Source of the DNA: an uncultured bacterium
GTDB lineage: Bacteria > Patescibacteriota > Patescibacteriia > Patescibacteriales > UBA12465
Direction of reading: 5' to 3'
Length of the DNA: 64,000 bases
Assembly (NCBI GenBank): GCA_903945435.1
Contig: CAJAVM010000025.1
Coordinates: 705 to 64,704, forward strand
Part shown: in pieces, positions 36,301-45,061 of the stretch
Layout: every line of letters begins with the position of its first letter
Numbering within the stretch: the first letter of the stretch is position 1
The notes under the pieces: generated by a model
What the model was told of the DNA's origin: nothing
What the model saw: the letters and a program-made list of their open reading frames with translations, nothing else
The model's database searches: none
Translations under genes and position numbers: made by a program

Positions 36301-38224
36301 CTTCATTATTAGCAGAAGCTATAAGCTCAACTGGAGCATCTGGGCCAGACATATAACCCTTAACAGTTATGAACTTATACGTCGTTGCGTTACTAGAAGC
36401 TTTACTTTGCATCCAAACTGGCTTATTAGTAAAAGTTCCATCAGCTAAGACAACCGCAGCTGTATTAGAAGCATCTAAATAAACCGCTACTCCCCCCGTT
36501 TCTTGAGCAACTAATTTAATATTAACATCCTGATTATCGCCACAAACTACGCCAGGAATAGCAACGCCTAAACCGCTTTGGTTAACGCCATTGAAATAGT
36601 AATATAACAACCAAGAACTATTATTTTTAGTAATAAAATAAGCAGTCCCATTTCCAGTAACGGCATCTATATCTCCATATCCAAATTGCATAGTACTGCC
36701 GCTAGAACAACTCGTTGAATTCATTAAAACATTAACTTCAACATCTCCTCTTCTTCTATCAAACGGAATAACGGATTCCAATCCATTGGCATCCCAAATA
36801 TCATTACCAATAATAGTTAAGTGGTTATTTTGTTGTACTCTACCAGCAGAGCCACCATTACCACCAACAGCCGAATCAATCTCTCTCCATTTATTTACAT
36901 TAATTGTAGTACCTTGAAATTCATCAAGAAAAACAAAATTACCAGGAGTAAAAGATACTACAGTTGAAGGAGAGCTCGTCCCGGCAGCATTAATAGCCGA
37001 AACTCTAACGTCATAATTTAAATCATTACTTAAATTAGTTATTCGAGTTGAAGTAGCAATAGAAGTACCGTCATTAACTATAGTCCAAACACTTGGTTCT
37101 GAAGATAATTTATATTCAATCAAATAGTCAGTCACTGCCGCCCCGCCATCACTCAGTGGACTTGTCCAAGTTAACAAAGATTGAGCATTCTCATGACTAC
37201 TAGCAGTTAAATTTTGAGGAGCCGAGGCAGTACTTAAGGCTGGTGTACCAGTTGCGATTATTGAAGACGAACTTGTACCCATACCATTTACGGCCGAAAC
37301 TCTAAAATCATAAGACTGACCATTAGCCAAACCGGAAACTACAGCGGTGGTTGTAGTAGAAGTCCCATCCGCAAAAGTAGTCCACACGCTCGGTTCTGAA
37401 CTAAGCTTATATTGAACAATATAATCTATTAAATTAGAGCCGGCACTTGTCGCCGTTGTCCAATTTAAAGTCATCTGACCTACGGCCGGAGTAGTGACTA
37501 AATTTGTTGGGGCCAATGGCACATCGCTAGACGATACTAAAATATTATCAATAGTTATACTGGGATTAACAAGATTACTTTGTTGTTGTAATATAATCGG
37601 ATTATTATTATAGGTATTTGGTGCTTGAACAGCAGTCAGAGAAGCATTTGGGGTAGCCCTCCCATTAATATAAACATCAGCGCCCCCATTCTGTTTAATA
37701 ACTAATTTAAAATGCTGAGATGCTCCGACAGTACAAGTTACTCCTGTTAGATTACTCATGGCAGACCCACTCCATAATCTAAAACTAGTTCCATAAGATA
37801 CTAAACCAATTGTAGCGCCGCCTCCAGGAGCATTGCCGCCGGTCCAAGGACTATACATAACTGCTACTGAAAGCAAAGTATCAACAGAACAGCTATTATT
37901 AATAGTCCAATCCCCCTCAATAATTAAATCGCCACTCGACCTATCAAAAGTATTAATTGACTTCAGAGCATTTTTCCCCCAAGAGCCATTTCCAGTTATA
38001 GTTACCGCACCATTTTGCTGAACATTACCAGTAGAGCCTCCACTTCCACCAGCGGAAGAGTCATATTCCACCCATTTACTAGAATTAATTGTACTACCCA
38101 AAAAATCATCGGTTAAAAGAGTAGCTGCCTTAGTTGGCTTTAACAAAATAATAAAATTTAAAATAAAAAGAAAAAAGAAAAAAGAAAATTTTCTAGTATT
38201 AAATGGCGTTTTAATTTGTTTCAT
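33347..38224 (-). CDS. Giant secreted modular protein of 1625 aa. Domains are 2x LamG/ConA-like, FN3, a sialate-O-acetylesterase-like (SASA/SGNH) domain, Ig-like domains, the shared ~124-aa module, and a PG_binding_1 C-terminus.
   Basis: Signal peptide. Duplicated LamG-like segments (FLGSTINSSKWVEYDS.. and FQGTTINVNKWREIDS..). FN3 units (..YDFRVSAVNGMGTS). SASA-like LSGQSLAVGYGG and IIHGEADH. The C-terminus DVRELQKYLNLHGY...ATKVALIKFQKANKI matches PG_binding_1. Confidence 0.7.
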   Translation of the reverse strand: MKQIKTPFNTRKFSFFFFLFILNFIILLKPTKAATLLTDDFLGSTINSSKWVEYDSSAGGSGGSTGNVQQNGAVTITGNGSWGKNALKSINTFDRSSGDLIIEGDWTINNSCSVDTLLSVAVMYSPWTGGNAPGGGATIGLVSYGTSFRLWSGSAMSNLTGVTCTVGASQHFKLVIKQNGGADVYINGRATPNASLTAVQAPNTYNNNPIILQQQSNLVNPSITIDNILVSSSDVPLAPTNLVTTPAVGQMTLNWTTATSAGSNLIDYIVQYKLSSEPSVWTTFADGTSTTTTAVVSGLANGQSYDFRVSAVNGMGTSSSSIIATGTPALSTASAPQNLTASSHENAQSLLTWTSPLSDGGAAVTDYLIEYKLSSEPSVWTIVNDGTSIATSTRITNLSNDLNYDVRVSAINAAGTSSPSTVVSFTPGNFVFLDEFQGTTINVNKWREIDSAVGGNGGSAGRVQQNNHLTIIGNDIWDANGLESVIPFDRRRGDVEVNVLMNSTSCSSGSTMQFGYGDIDAVTGNGTAYFITKNNSSWLLYYYFNGVNQSGLGVAIPGVVCGDNQDVNIKLVAQETGGVAVYLDASNTAAVVLADGTFTNKPVWMQSKASSNATTYKFITVKGYMSGPDAPVELIASANNEEINLNWIATANNGSEIIDYIIEYKLVSELSNWNTFNDGVSTSTAAVVTGLTTGLAYNFRVSAVSSNNNGDVSAIVTATPVSGTPTVPTISSTYILGAPATNEVVLGVYAFNDINGDTEAISTYRWLRSDSLLGLYTPIVGATSIRYKITSSDLGKYLKFEVTPVATVSPAIGNAVSSLAIGPVTNVDFINHILLSGQSLAVGYGGTPVLSSSQPYSNKTLEGTEGLGVTFIPLTEANRETIRSSAANNLTALSENNSYQAVATLNALGNTAYSGLKKGSTVYSNGLTQISNVYNAANVLGKTDRVSGVMIIHGEADHQARTTASEYESYLVEWQNDYETDAKAITGQVDNVPLFTDQMVSYTGYNAATSVIPGAQLAAAENNPNSIFLIGPKYFLTYSDYAHLTNTSYRWLGEYYGKIMKKVIIDREQWRPLSPDSIVRSNNIIYANFHVPAGQLAFDTTLVSARANYGFEYSDSNSSATINSVEILDADTVKITLSGTPTGYSQRLRYAYTGTPGSAPGAQNSGSAAGNLRDTDNAPSLYGNTLYNWAVHFDKPITVVNDVSVPTVSSFSVQATSSSLTVNINSFTASDNVAVTGYALTESSTAPAINDVAWSTSAPSSHTFTSYGSKMIYAWAKDSANNISSSASASVEIYLATTFSFSGPATGNENIDSDYFSVTPDDLYTGNITITPSGSGSAGLNPIILNFINSSTTQTFLIHPTTAGLINLDSTNSNGLTNASRLSYSVSSVDDETAPDIISNNPISLPAAIGSGLSDISVPMNEVRSISPVTSNGVNILGYINSRVNFVAPESSSSWSDGGHSLFISDLNLATDIITLTISSKPQTISLKKGEGREVDLDGDKKNDILVSFVNTYINRAEITVKSLIKNDVSQLSPAATTTSVIKTNKFLFKNNLKLGSNSNDVRELQKYLNLHGYTVSKSGVGSKGKETLYFGQATKVALIKFQKANKIDPAIGIFGPVTRKKINS

Positions 38225-38249
38225 AAAAATATCAGTATCTAATAAACTT

Positions 38250-39176
38250 TTAAATATTGCTCATTAAATATTTTAAAATTTGTTTTCTTAATAATAATTT
38301 ATTATTCTTAGCAATTCCCGTTTTTTCAAAAGATAAGCCATCTAATTTAGATAGTAAATTTTGCGTATTTTCATCAATTGTTAAAAAAATATTATACCCG
38401 TTTTTTATATCAGCCGCCGTTAAGAAAATATAGACTAAATTATTTTTTTCTTTAATTTTTTGTAAAATACTAGCTATCTCGCTAAATTTATTACTTATAA
38501 TTATATCCAAATCGAAACCTTCAAGCTGAGCAATACCCAGACCATCATTAAAAATTTTAAAATCACTATTAATAACTTCTTCTAAATTATTCTCTATATA
38601 TTCGGTCTTATACCTGAACATATCATCTATCAAATCATCGGGAATAGAAAGCCCGTAATCATTACTCAATGATTGTACCGCCACTCTATCTCTTGGGCTA
38701 ACTAAATCTGATTTAAAATTAAGAGTATTTGAAAAAATAGCTCCCAAAAGTAAATACAAACTATTTTTATCAATTGAAAAATTAAGAAGTTTTAACTTTT
38801 CAAAAATTAAAGTAGCAGCAGCGCCGATAATTTCTATTTGAATTTTCGCTTGAGGGAAAATTTCTGTTGCTTGGTGTATTTCGCGATGGTCAATAACCTC
38901 AATAACGTCTTGCGACCTAATTACCTCGGGCATCCCCTTTATATCGCTCGCATCAACAATAATAAACTTATCAAACAAGGTTGTAGGATTAAGAATAAAG
39001 CCTTCTTTAATACTAAATTTTTCTAATAAGAATCTAGCCTCGATTTGAGGTGTTCCATAAATACCAGCAGTATAATGATTCTCTTTATCAATAATATTTA
39101 ATAACTGCGCATAAGCATACGCGCAAGCAAAACCATCTAAATCAGGATTAATTTTAGGAGTAATTAATATTTCCAT
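38250..39176 (-). CDS. DHH/DHHA2-family phosphoesterase, family II inorganic pyrophosphatase-like.
   Basis: NPDLDGFACAYAYAQLL, VIDHRE, and SNTLNFKS (DHHA2 region). Length 308 aa. Confidence 0.5.
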   Translation of the reverse strand: MEILITPKINPDLDGFACAYAYAQLLNIIDKENHYTAGIYGTPQIEARFLLEKFSIKEGFILNPTTLFDKFIIVDASDIKGMPEVIRSQDVIEVIDHREIHQATEIFPQAKIQIEIIGAAATLIFEKLKLLNFSIDKNSLYLLLGAIFSNTLNFKSDLVSPRDRVAVQSLSNDYGLSIPDDLIDDMFRYKTEYIENNLEEVINSDFKIFNDGLGIAQLEGFDLDIIISNKFSEIASILQKIKEKNNLVYIFLTAADIKNGYNIFLTIDENTQNLLSKLDGLSFEKTGIAKNNKLLLRKQILKYLMSNI

Positions 39177-39183
39177 AAATATT

Positions 39184-40053
39184 TTAATTAAGAGGAACGG
39201 TATTACTCTTATCGAATTGGATTGGATAGTCTTTTCTCAATAATTCTATATCCTCATTTTCCATTATCCAATCAACTGCTCCTAAATTTTCCTCTAGATG
39301 TTTCAAGCTACTTGTTTTTGTTAAAGTAATAACGTTTTTTTGTGAAATAAGCCAATTGAGGGCAATTTGTCCCGGAGTTTTATGATATTTTTTACCTAAT
39401 TCATCAACAATAGTTATTCCCTTTTTTGCCAAACTTCCATATTGAACCGGTCGCCAAGCTTCAATAAAAATATCATTATTTTGGCAATATTCAATCACCC
39501 CTCTTAATTCAGGTTCTCTAAATATTAAATTATAATGAACCTGATTTAACACAATTTTATTTTTTGTTTTACTCTGTGCTTCTCTTAATCTCTCAACATT
39601 AAAATTACAAACTCCGATATTTTTAATCAGGCCCTTTTCTTTCAAATCATCAAAAGCTCTCATTGTTTCTGTAATATCAATTTCAGGATTCGGCATATGA
39701 ATTAAGTATAAATCTAAATAATCCATTTGTAAGCGTGCTAAACTTTTTTTACAAGCAAATATTACATCATCGTATTTCAAATTTGTTGGGCTAACCTTGG
39801 AAGTAACAAATAATTTTTCTCTTTCGTATCCCTTTAAGGCTTTTCCGAGAACTTCCTCGCTATACCCGTCAGCATACATCTCCGCGGTATCAAAACGGTA
39901 TCCACCAAGTTCAATTGTTTTTTGAATAACTTCAAGGTCGCGACTATCGTCATAATTATTTTCTTTTTCCATACGTCCACCCATCAACCAAGTACCAAAA
40001 CCCAAAACCGATATTTCAAACCCGTTGTTCAATTTTTTTGTAGGGATATTCAT
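39184..40053 (-). CDS. Aldo/keto reductase.
   Basis: GFGTW, a DTAEMY-type motif, and LDLYLIHMP, consistent with an AKR fold and length. Confidence 0.8.
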   Translation of the reverse strand: MNIPTKKLNNGFEISVLGFGTWLMGGRMEKENNYDDSRDLEVIQKTIELGGYRFDTAEMYADGYSEEVLGKALKGYEREKLFVTSKVSPTNLKYDDVIFACKKSLARLQMDYLDLYLIHMPNPEIDITETMRAFDDLKEKGLIKNIGVCNFNVERLREAQSKTKNKIVLNQVHYNLIFREPELRGVIEYCQNNDIFIEAWRPVQYGSLAKKGITIVDELGKKYHKTPGQIALNWLISQKNVITLTKTSSLKHLEENLGAVDWIMENEDIELLRKDYPIQFDKSNTVPLN

Positions 40054-40057
40054 AATT

Positions 40058-40729
40058 TTATAATAGTAATGATTTTATCAACTCAATCAAAACTGGCCTC
40101 GCCGCATTATTAAAACCGTGATTACCATCAATTGAAATTAATTTTATTTGAGAATTGAGTTCTTCTAAATCAACCCGAGGCAATAATTCATCCTGATTAG
40201 CTTCAATCGCTATAATTTCAATTTTTTTAGCAAACGCATTATATTCAGTAAATGGTTTTACAGCTAAACGCTCTTGCCAATACTCCTTTGGGATAATTCT
40301 AGTTAATCCATCAGAGGATGGAATAGATGATATCCCGTCCAGGTTTATCAAAGCACCAGACTTAGCTTGATAACGCGCTAAAGTACGTTCAAGGCTCATA
40401 TCAAACACTGGAGCAAGCAGAATGGCTTTTCGTACACCATCAGGCCTAGCCATAGCTGCTACGATCGTCCCCTGAGAATGACAAACTAAATCAATGACCG
40501 CTGTTGGATTATTTGTTCTAATATCACGGATAATTTGATTTAATTTATCAACTTGAGAACTAAGCGTAACAATAAATATTTTCTTTTCATTCTCATCTAC
40601 TGCAAAATAATCAAACAGCACTGAGTCTACTTGAGGAAGCGCGGCGACAATATCGGTAAAAAGACCATGGTCGTCTTTTCTGACTCCAAAACCATGAGAA
40701 TAGATTATAATGTGTTGTTTATTTGGCAT
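40058..40729 (-). CDS. Alpha/beta hydrolase.
   Basis: HGFG oxyanion region and nucleophile elbow CHSQG. Confidence 0.6.
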   Translation of the reverse strand: MPNKQHIIIYSHGFGVRKDDHGLFTDIVAALPQVDSVLFDYFAVDENEKKIFIVTLSSQVDKLNQIIRDIRTNNPTAVIDLVCHSQGTIVAAMARPDGVRKAILLAPVFDMSLERTLARYQAKSGALINLDGISSIPSSDGLTRIIPKEYWQERLAVKPFTEYNAFAKKIEIIAIEANQDELLPRVDLEELNSQIKLISIDGNHGFNNAARPVLIELIKSLLL

Positions 40730-40744
40730 AATAAATTATATCTA

Positions 40745-40786
40745 TTATATAACAAAAATAGCATAAAAAGTGCTATTTTGTAAATC
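40745..40786 (-). promoter_or_regulatory. 42-bp conserved palindrome-containing element, copy 1, heading the 40729->29706 operon.
   Basis: ttatataacaaaaatagcaTaaaaagtgctattttgtaaatc matches 59530-59571 at 41 of 42 positions. It contains AAATAGCA(T/C)-aaaaa-GTGCTATTT and, on the minus strand, TGTTATATA (extended -10-like). Confidence 0.6.
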
Positions 40787-40817
40787 AAAAATAATCTAAA
40801 ATATATTAACCCTACAA

Positions 40818-40846
40818 TTGACAAATGTGACATAATCTTATATTAT
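40818..40846 (+). promoter_or_regulatory. Consensus-like promoter for the small HIT-like ORF.
   Basis: TTGACA at 40818-40823, a 17-nt spacer, and TATTAT at 40841-40846. Confidence 0.6.
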
Positions 40847-40888
40847 ATCTAGTTAATAATAACTGAACATTAAAAATTGGAGGTAAAA

Positions 40889-41023
40889 ATGTGTGTATTT
40901 TGTGAAATAAACCAAAATCTTCTGCTAAAAGAAACTCAATACAGCAGACTAATAGTTAATTATTTTCCCTTTTCAGGAACAGCTATTGATAAGTATCAAA
41001 AACTATTTCTAAAAACAATCTGA
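40889..41023 (+). pseudogene. Truncated HIT-family N-terminal fragment, a 44-aa ORF.
   Basis: GGAGG Shine-Dalgarno followed by ATG. The product MCVFCEINQNLLLKETQYSRLIVNYFPFSG resembles the CxFCxI start of HIT hydrolases. The ORF ends before any His-triad. Confidence 0.4.
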
Positions 41024-41026
41024 TTT

Positions 41027-41057
41027 AAAAAAGAGTTGTTAACGCAACTCTTTTTTA
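41027..41057. terminator. Bidirectional rho-independent terminator.
   Basis: AAAAA-AAGAGTTG-ttaacg-CAACTCTT-TTTTATTT lies between the convergent small ORF and the 1328-aa gene. Confidence 0.75.
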
Positions 41058-41064
41058 TTTCTTT

Positions 41065-44000
41065 TTACTCTATATTCCCCACAGGAATTTGACGGAGGCT
41101 ATCATTAATTATTCCTAGAGATAAAGTGCGCATTATCTGATATGCAGCCTCACCATCTGCTAAATAATATCTGTAACCATTCCGGGGATTTATATACCAG
41201 GCCTCACCGCGATTCTCTACCTGTAACAAAATACGGCCCTGCAAACGCTTCACAAGAGAATCAGAATATAGAGTTTTGCTCTGTACAAAATTACTTGGTA
41301 GAGCTGAATCAGGAGCTACTGGGATTTTATTTAAATCAGCATTAGTTATCCCTAAACCAAACTTACGTAGTGCTTCATAGGCTGTCGGACCGTCCGCTAA
41401 ATAATAACGAGATAGTGATACAGAGTCTAAATACCAAGCCTGGCCCAACTTCTCAACTTGCAACAAAATATATCCAGCTAATCTTTTCGCTAACCGACTA
41501 TTTATTTTTATAGACAGTAGGCTTTCTTCGTTCATAACATCTATTTTATCAACAGCAGAACTTGTGTTTCCAATGTTACCTTGCAAAGATTTAACCGTAA
41601 TTTCTGCCCTATTAACAAAAACATCTACAAAAGTAATCACAATATCATTTTTTTTGTCGCCATCTATATCAGCTTCTTTGCTTTCTCCTTTCTGTAAAAT
41701 CATAGTTTGCGGCTCAGATGAAATATCTATTGTGATGATATTCGAGGATAAATTTAAATCAGAGATTTTTAAACTATGATTACCTGGCATCCAATTATTA
41801 GAACTCTCTGGAGCCATAAAATTAGCCTGAGAATTCATATAAGCTAAAATATTCACTCCGCCAGCACTAAGTGGAGAAATAATTTGAGCTGTGTTCATAG
41901 GAATAGATACATCAAATACACCGCTTCCTGTAGCAGCAGGCAATGAAATTGGTGCGCTATTACTGCTGGCGACATCCACAGCAAACTGGGCCACAACAGA
42001 CAAGTTATTAGTTATATTAATATCTGTTCTAGATGGTGTCAGTAAATCATCGGACCATTTAACAAAATGATAGCCGGAATTCGATACTGCAATTACCGCT
42101 GAGCCATTAGCACCGCTAACGACTGACTGAGCAGAATCTCCATTTAAAGTTCCCCCGGATTCCGCACTATATGATAAGGAATAACGAATCTGCTCATTTA
42201 CTGTAATAGTTAAATCAAAAGTAGTGTTGCCACCCGTATTACTTGCAGTGACGGTATATACAGTAGCACTAGAAGTCGCAGTTGGTGTCCCCGAAATAAT
42301 ACCAGTAGAGGTGCTAATGGCTAAACCCATCGGCAAGCTAGGCGAAATTGAATAAGTTAGTTCTTCACCAGTTACGGTTGGAGAAAGCGAGGTAATAGCA
42401 ATGTTTTCAGTATAAATATTTGGCGAAGTGTAAGATAAAGAACTAGGAGCTATATTATTAACTGCAATGGCTATATCAAAAGACGTGCTTCCTCCATTAT
42501 TAGTAGCCGTTACGGTATAGGTAGCCAAACTAGAAGTCGCAGTCGGTGTTCCTGAAATAACGCCAGTATCAGTATTTAAAGATAACCCAACTGGTAAACT
42601 AGGCGAAACGGAATAAGTTAGTTCTTCTCCAGTTACAGTTGGAGAAAGTGGAGTGATAGTACTATTCTTAATATAAGTATTTGGTGAAGTATAGGATAAG
42701 GAACTAGGGACAATATTGTTAACAGCAATAGCTACACCAAAAGATGTACTTCCGCCATTATTAGTAGCGGTAACGGTATAGGTAGTTAAGCTAGAAGCTA
42801 TGGTTGGCGCTCCTGAAATAACTCCAGTATCAGTATTTAAAGATAATCCAGCTGGTAAACTAGGCGAAACGGAATAAGTAATTCCTAATCCAGTTACAGT
42901 TGGAGAAAGTGGAGTAATAGTACTATTTTTAGTAAAAGTATTTGGCGAAGTATAAGATAAAGAACTAGGGGCCGCTAAAATATTCTCCTTGATTTCAATA
43001 GCGTTTAACATACCATAACCCCATGCGGCAACTTTAGGAGCAATTGTAATTTCTATCTCACCACTAACAGGTACGATATTTGTAAACTCTACAGTATTAC
43101 TCAAATTAGCCTTAACAATTAATTCTTTAGTTGTGCTAGCTATAGTATAGTTAGTCATAGTGTTATTACCAGTAGCGCCAGACGCGGAGGTATAACCATA
43201 TAATTTAACATTATAAGTCTTGATAGCTTCTAGGCCATAAATCTTAACCTTAGCTGGAGTGGTCACAGATGAATAAATTTGGGCTTTATCCATAATAACT
43301 GTATCAGGATAAATTGCAGAATTACTACCAGTCGAAACTGACTGCAGACTACCATTTTTAAAAGGGGCAGTATTTGCAAGCGCAAGAGTAGAAATCTGAT
43401 TATCTGAATCTCTTAAATTTAATAAATCGCCACAAGCAACAGCAGAAGTATTACCAACTGTAAAATAATTCCAATTATAACTTGGGTGATTAGCTGACGG
43501 ATAAGCCTTAGTTGTTGTAGCATTACCACAAAGAGAATCTACTCCATTTACATTGACATACCAAGTACGAAGAGGAACAACTATAGCATCCAACCTATCT
43601 GAATAAGCGGTTTTTATTGAGGCGGGATTCGTAGTTAAAAGATTGACGTATGCACGAGCTACGTCTATATCTGATTTTCTTTTACTCACCTCAGCAGCAG
43701 ACACCAATGCATTCACGCGAGTAATATCATTTTTTGAATAAGAATTAATACCCCAATCAAGATTTATGAGTCCAGTTGTTTTATTATCGGTATGATGTGT
43801 AAAATCAACCCCGTAATCAATACTACTTATTGCCGAATCAGCCTCAACAAGCAAAGAAAGAGCATGGTTTTTTAAATTAGCCGGAACATTAGTTACGTCG
43901 ATAGTAATAGTTAACTGATTACCAACTAATTCATGGCTAATAACTGAAGCTTGTTTAACCATCATGTAATTATAAACTTCTTCCGCACCAGCTACCCAAA

Positions 44001-45051
44001 TATTATCAGCCCCAAAACGACCATACGTATTCTCTACGTGATCCATTAAACTTTTCCAACTATTCCAAGTTGTACCGCCATTCCAATCGGGATAATAAGT
44101 ACTAGTAGTAATTTGATGGGTAAAAGCCTGACTCCAATATTTCGAAGAACCAGAACTTAAAGAGGCTAATTCATCAACGTGATTAAAAAGACCATTAGGA
44201 AATTCTCCTCCGGCAAGATATCTATATTCATAATCAAACCAACGAGGCATGACATGACGATCACTACTAATTGTACTAGTAACATCCGTGAATTTAGGAG
44301 CATTTATAGTACTATTATCAAACGGAAAGACGTTATTTTGAGCATAAACGGCATTAAAATTATTATCAAATGCTGGTTGAATATAGTTATCATCTCCATT
44401 TGGTAAAATCACTTGAGACATAGTAAACGGGGTAGTAGTCGCTCCGCTATCATTTCGAAGCGTAATATGACTAGCGACATCAACATTAGATTGCGTTAAT
44501 TCATAATCATAATCTAGCGTTCCCGTAGCATGGCCGCCGGGGTCGCCAATATAATATACCTCCTCCGGATCCCCAACTGTAGCAGAGATATACCCATGAT
44601 TAAAAACATTCCAACCATTATCAACAGCGTCTTGCAATTGCGTCCAGGTTATATAGCTCGGAGTATTTACATGAATATCGGAATAGTTAGCATTTCTAGT
44701 ATAAAACGCATAACCGCCGCGAAAAGGAACATTGTTCCCAGCGCCATCTGTAAAATATAGCCCGCCAAAATATTGACCGAGGTAGCTAGAATAACCGCCA
44801 TTCATATACTTAAAGGCAACATCATACCCCCTAACAATACCGTCATCGAAAGAATAGCTCCATGCAAAATCTTTATTATATTTTAAATGAGCTTTGGTAA
44901 CGCTAACTGAGCCTGGCGTTGGAGGAGTAGCAAAAGTAACTATAATAGTTTTAATATCAGCAGCCTGAGCATAATCAACTGAAGTTGCAAAGCTTGCAAA
45001 AAGTAAATTACACAGCAAGAAGATGGCTAGATATTGCTTAAGTTTTATCAT
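41065..45051 (-). CDS. Giant secreted modular protein of 1328 aa. Domains are an N-terminal NodB/CE4-deacetylase-like domain (tentative), 3x putative Ig (He_PIG-like) repeats, an InlB-type B-repeat, the shared ~124-aa module, and 2x a C-terminal ~55-aa repeat.
   Basis: Signal peptide, then FAWSYSFDDG. Three 87-aa repeats (LSYTSPNT..TYTVTATNNGGSTSF). YHFVKWSDD...VVAQFA is the B-repeat. The tail carries twin GRILLQVE..GEAWY..RYYL..GLGI repeats. Confidence 0.7.
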   Translation of the reverse strand: MIKLKQYLAIFLLCNLLFASFATSVDYAQAADIKTIIVTFATPPTPGSVSVTKAHLKYNKDFAWSYSFDDGIVRGYDVAFKYMNGGYSSYLGQYFGGLYFTDGAGNNVPFRGGYAFYTRNANYSDIHVNTPSYITWTQLQDAVDNGWNVFNHGYISATVGDPEEVYYIGDPGGHATGTLDYDYELTQSNVDVASHITLRNDSGATTTPFTMSQVILPNGDDNYIQPAFDNNFNAVYAQNNVFPFDNSTINAPKFTDVTSTISSDRHVMPRWFDYEYRYLAGGEFPNGLFNHVDELASLSSGSSKYWSQAFTHQITTSTYYPDWNGGTTWNSWKSLMDHVENTYGRFGADNIWVAGAEEVYNYMMVKQASVISHELVGNQLTITIDVTNVPANLKNHALSLLVEADSAISSIDYGVDFTHHTDNKTTGLINLDWGINSYSKNDITRVNALVSAAEVSKRKSDIDVARAYVNLLTTNPASIKTAYSDRLDAIVVPLRTWYVNVNGVDSLCGNATTTKAYPSANHPSYNWNYFTVGNTSAVACGDLLNLRDSDNQISTLALANTAPFKNGSLQSVSTGSNSAIYPDTVIMDKAQIYSSVTTPAKVKIYGLEAIKTYNVKLYGYTSASGATGNNTMTNYTIASTTKELIVKANLSNTVEFTNIVPVSGEIEITIAPKVAAWGYGMLNAIEIKENILAAPSSLSYTSPNTFTKNSTITPLSPTVTGLGITYSVSPSLPAGLSLNTDTGVISGAPTIASSLTTYTVTATNNGGSTSFGVAIAVNNIVPSSLSYTSPNTYIKNSTITPLSPTVTGEELTYSVSPSLPVGLSLNTDTGVISGTPTATSSLATYTVTATNNGGSTSFDIAIAVNNIAPSSLSYTSPNIYTENIAITSLSPTVTGEELTYSISPSLPMGLAISTSTGIISGTPTATSSATVYTVTASNTGGNTTFDLTITVNEQIRYSLSYSAESGGTLNGDSAQSVVSGANGSAVIAVSNSGYHFVKWSDDLLTPSRTDINITNNLSVVAQFAVDVASSNSAPISLPAATGSGVFDVSIPMNTAQIISPLSAGGVNILAYMNSQANFMAPESSNNWMPGNHSLKISDLNLSSNIITIDISSEPQTMILQKGESKEADIDGDKKNDIVITFVDVFVNRAEITVKSLQGNIGNTSSAVDKIDVMNEESLLSIKINSRLAKRLAGYILLQVEKLGQAWYLDSVSLSRYYLADGPTAYEALRKFGLGITNADLNKIPVAPDSALPSNFVQSKTLYSDSLVKRLQGRILLQVENRGEAWYINPRNGYRYYLADGEAAYQIMRTLSLGIINDSLRQIPVGNIE
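42188..42970 (-). repeat. Three in-frame tandem repeats of 261 bp (87 aa) inside the 1328-aa gene.
   Basis: The landmark aactagg recurs at 42441, 42702 and 42963, exactly 261 bp apart. The protein repeats are about 75-85% identical. Confidence 0.85.
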
Positions 45052-45061
45052 ATTTAGTCAA

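Noticed and set aside
38250-39176. Apparent DHH-to-DHR substitution (VIDHRE) in the DHH/DHHA2 protein, considered as a sign of inactivation.
   Set aside because: I am not certain of the exact motif register for family II pyrophosphatases without an alignment. This is too weak to report as a finding.
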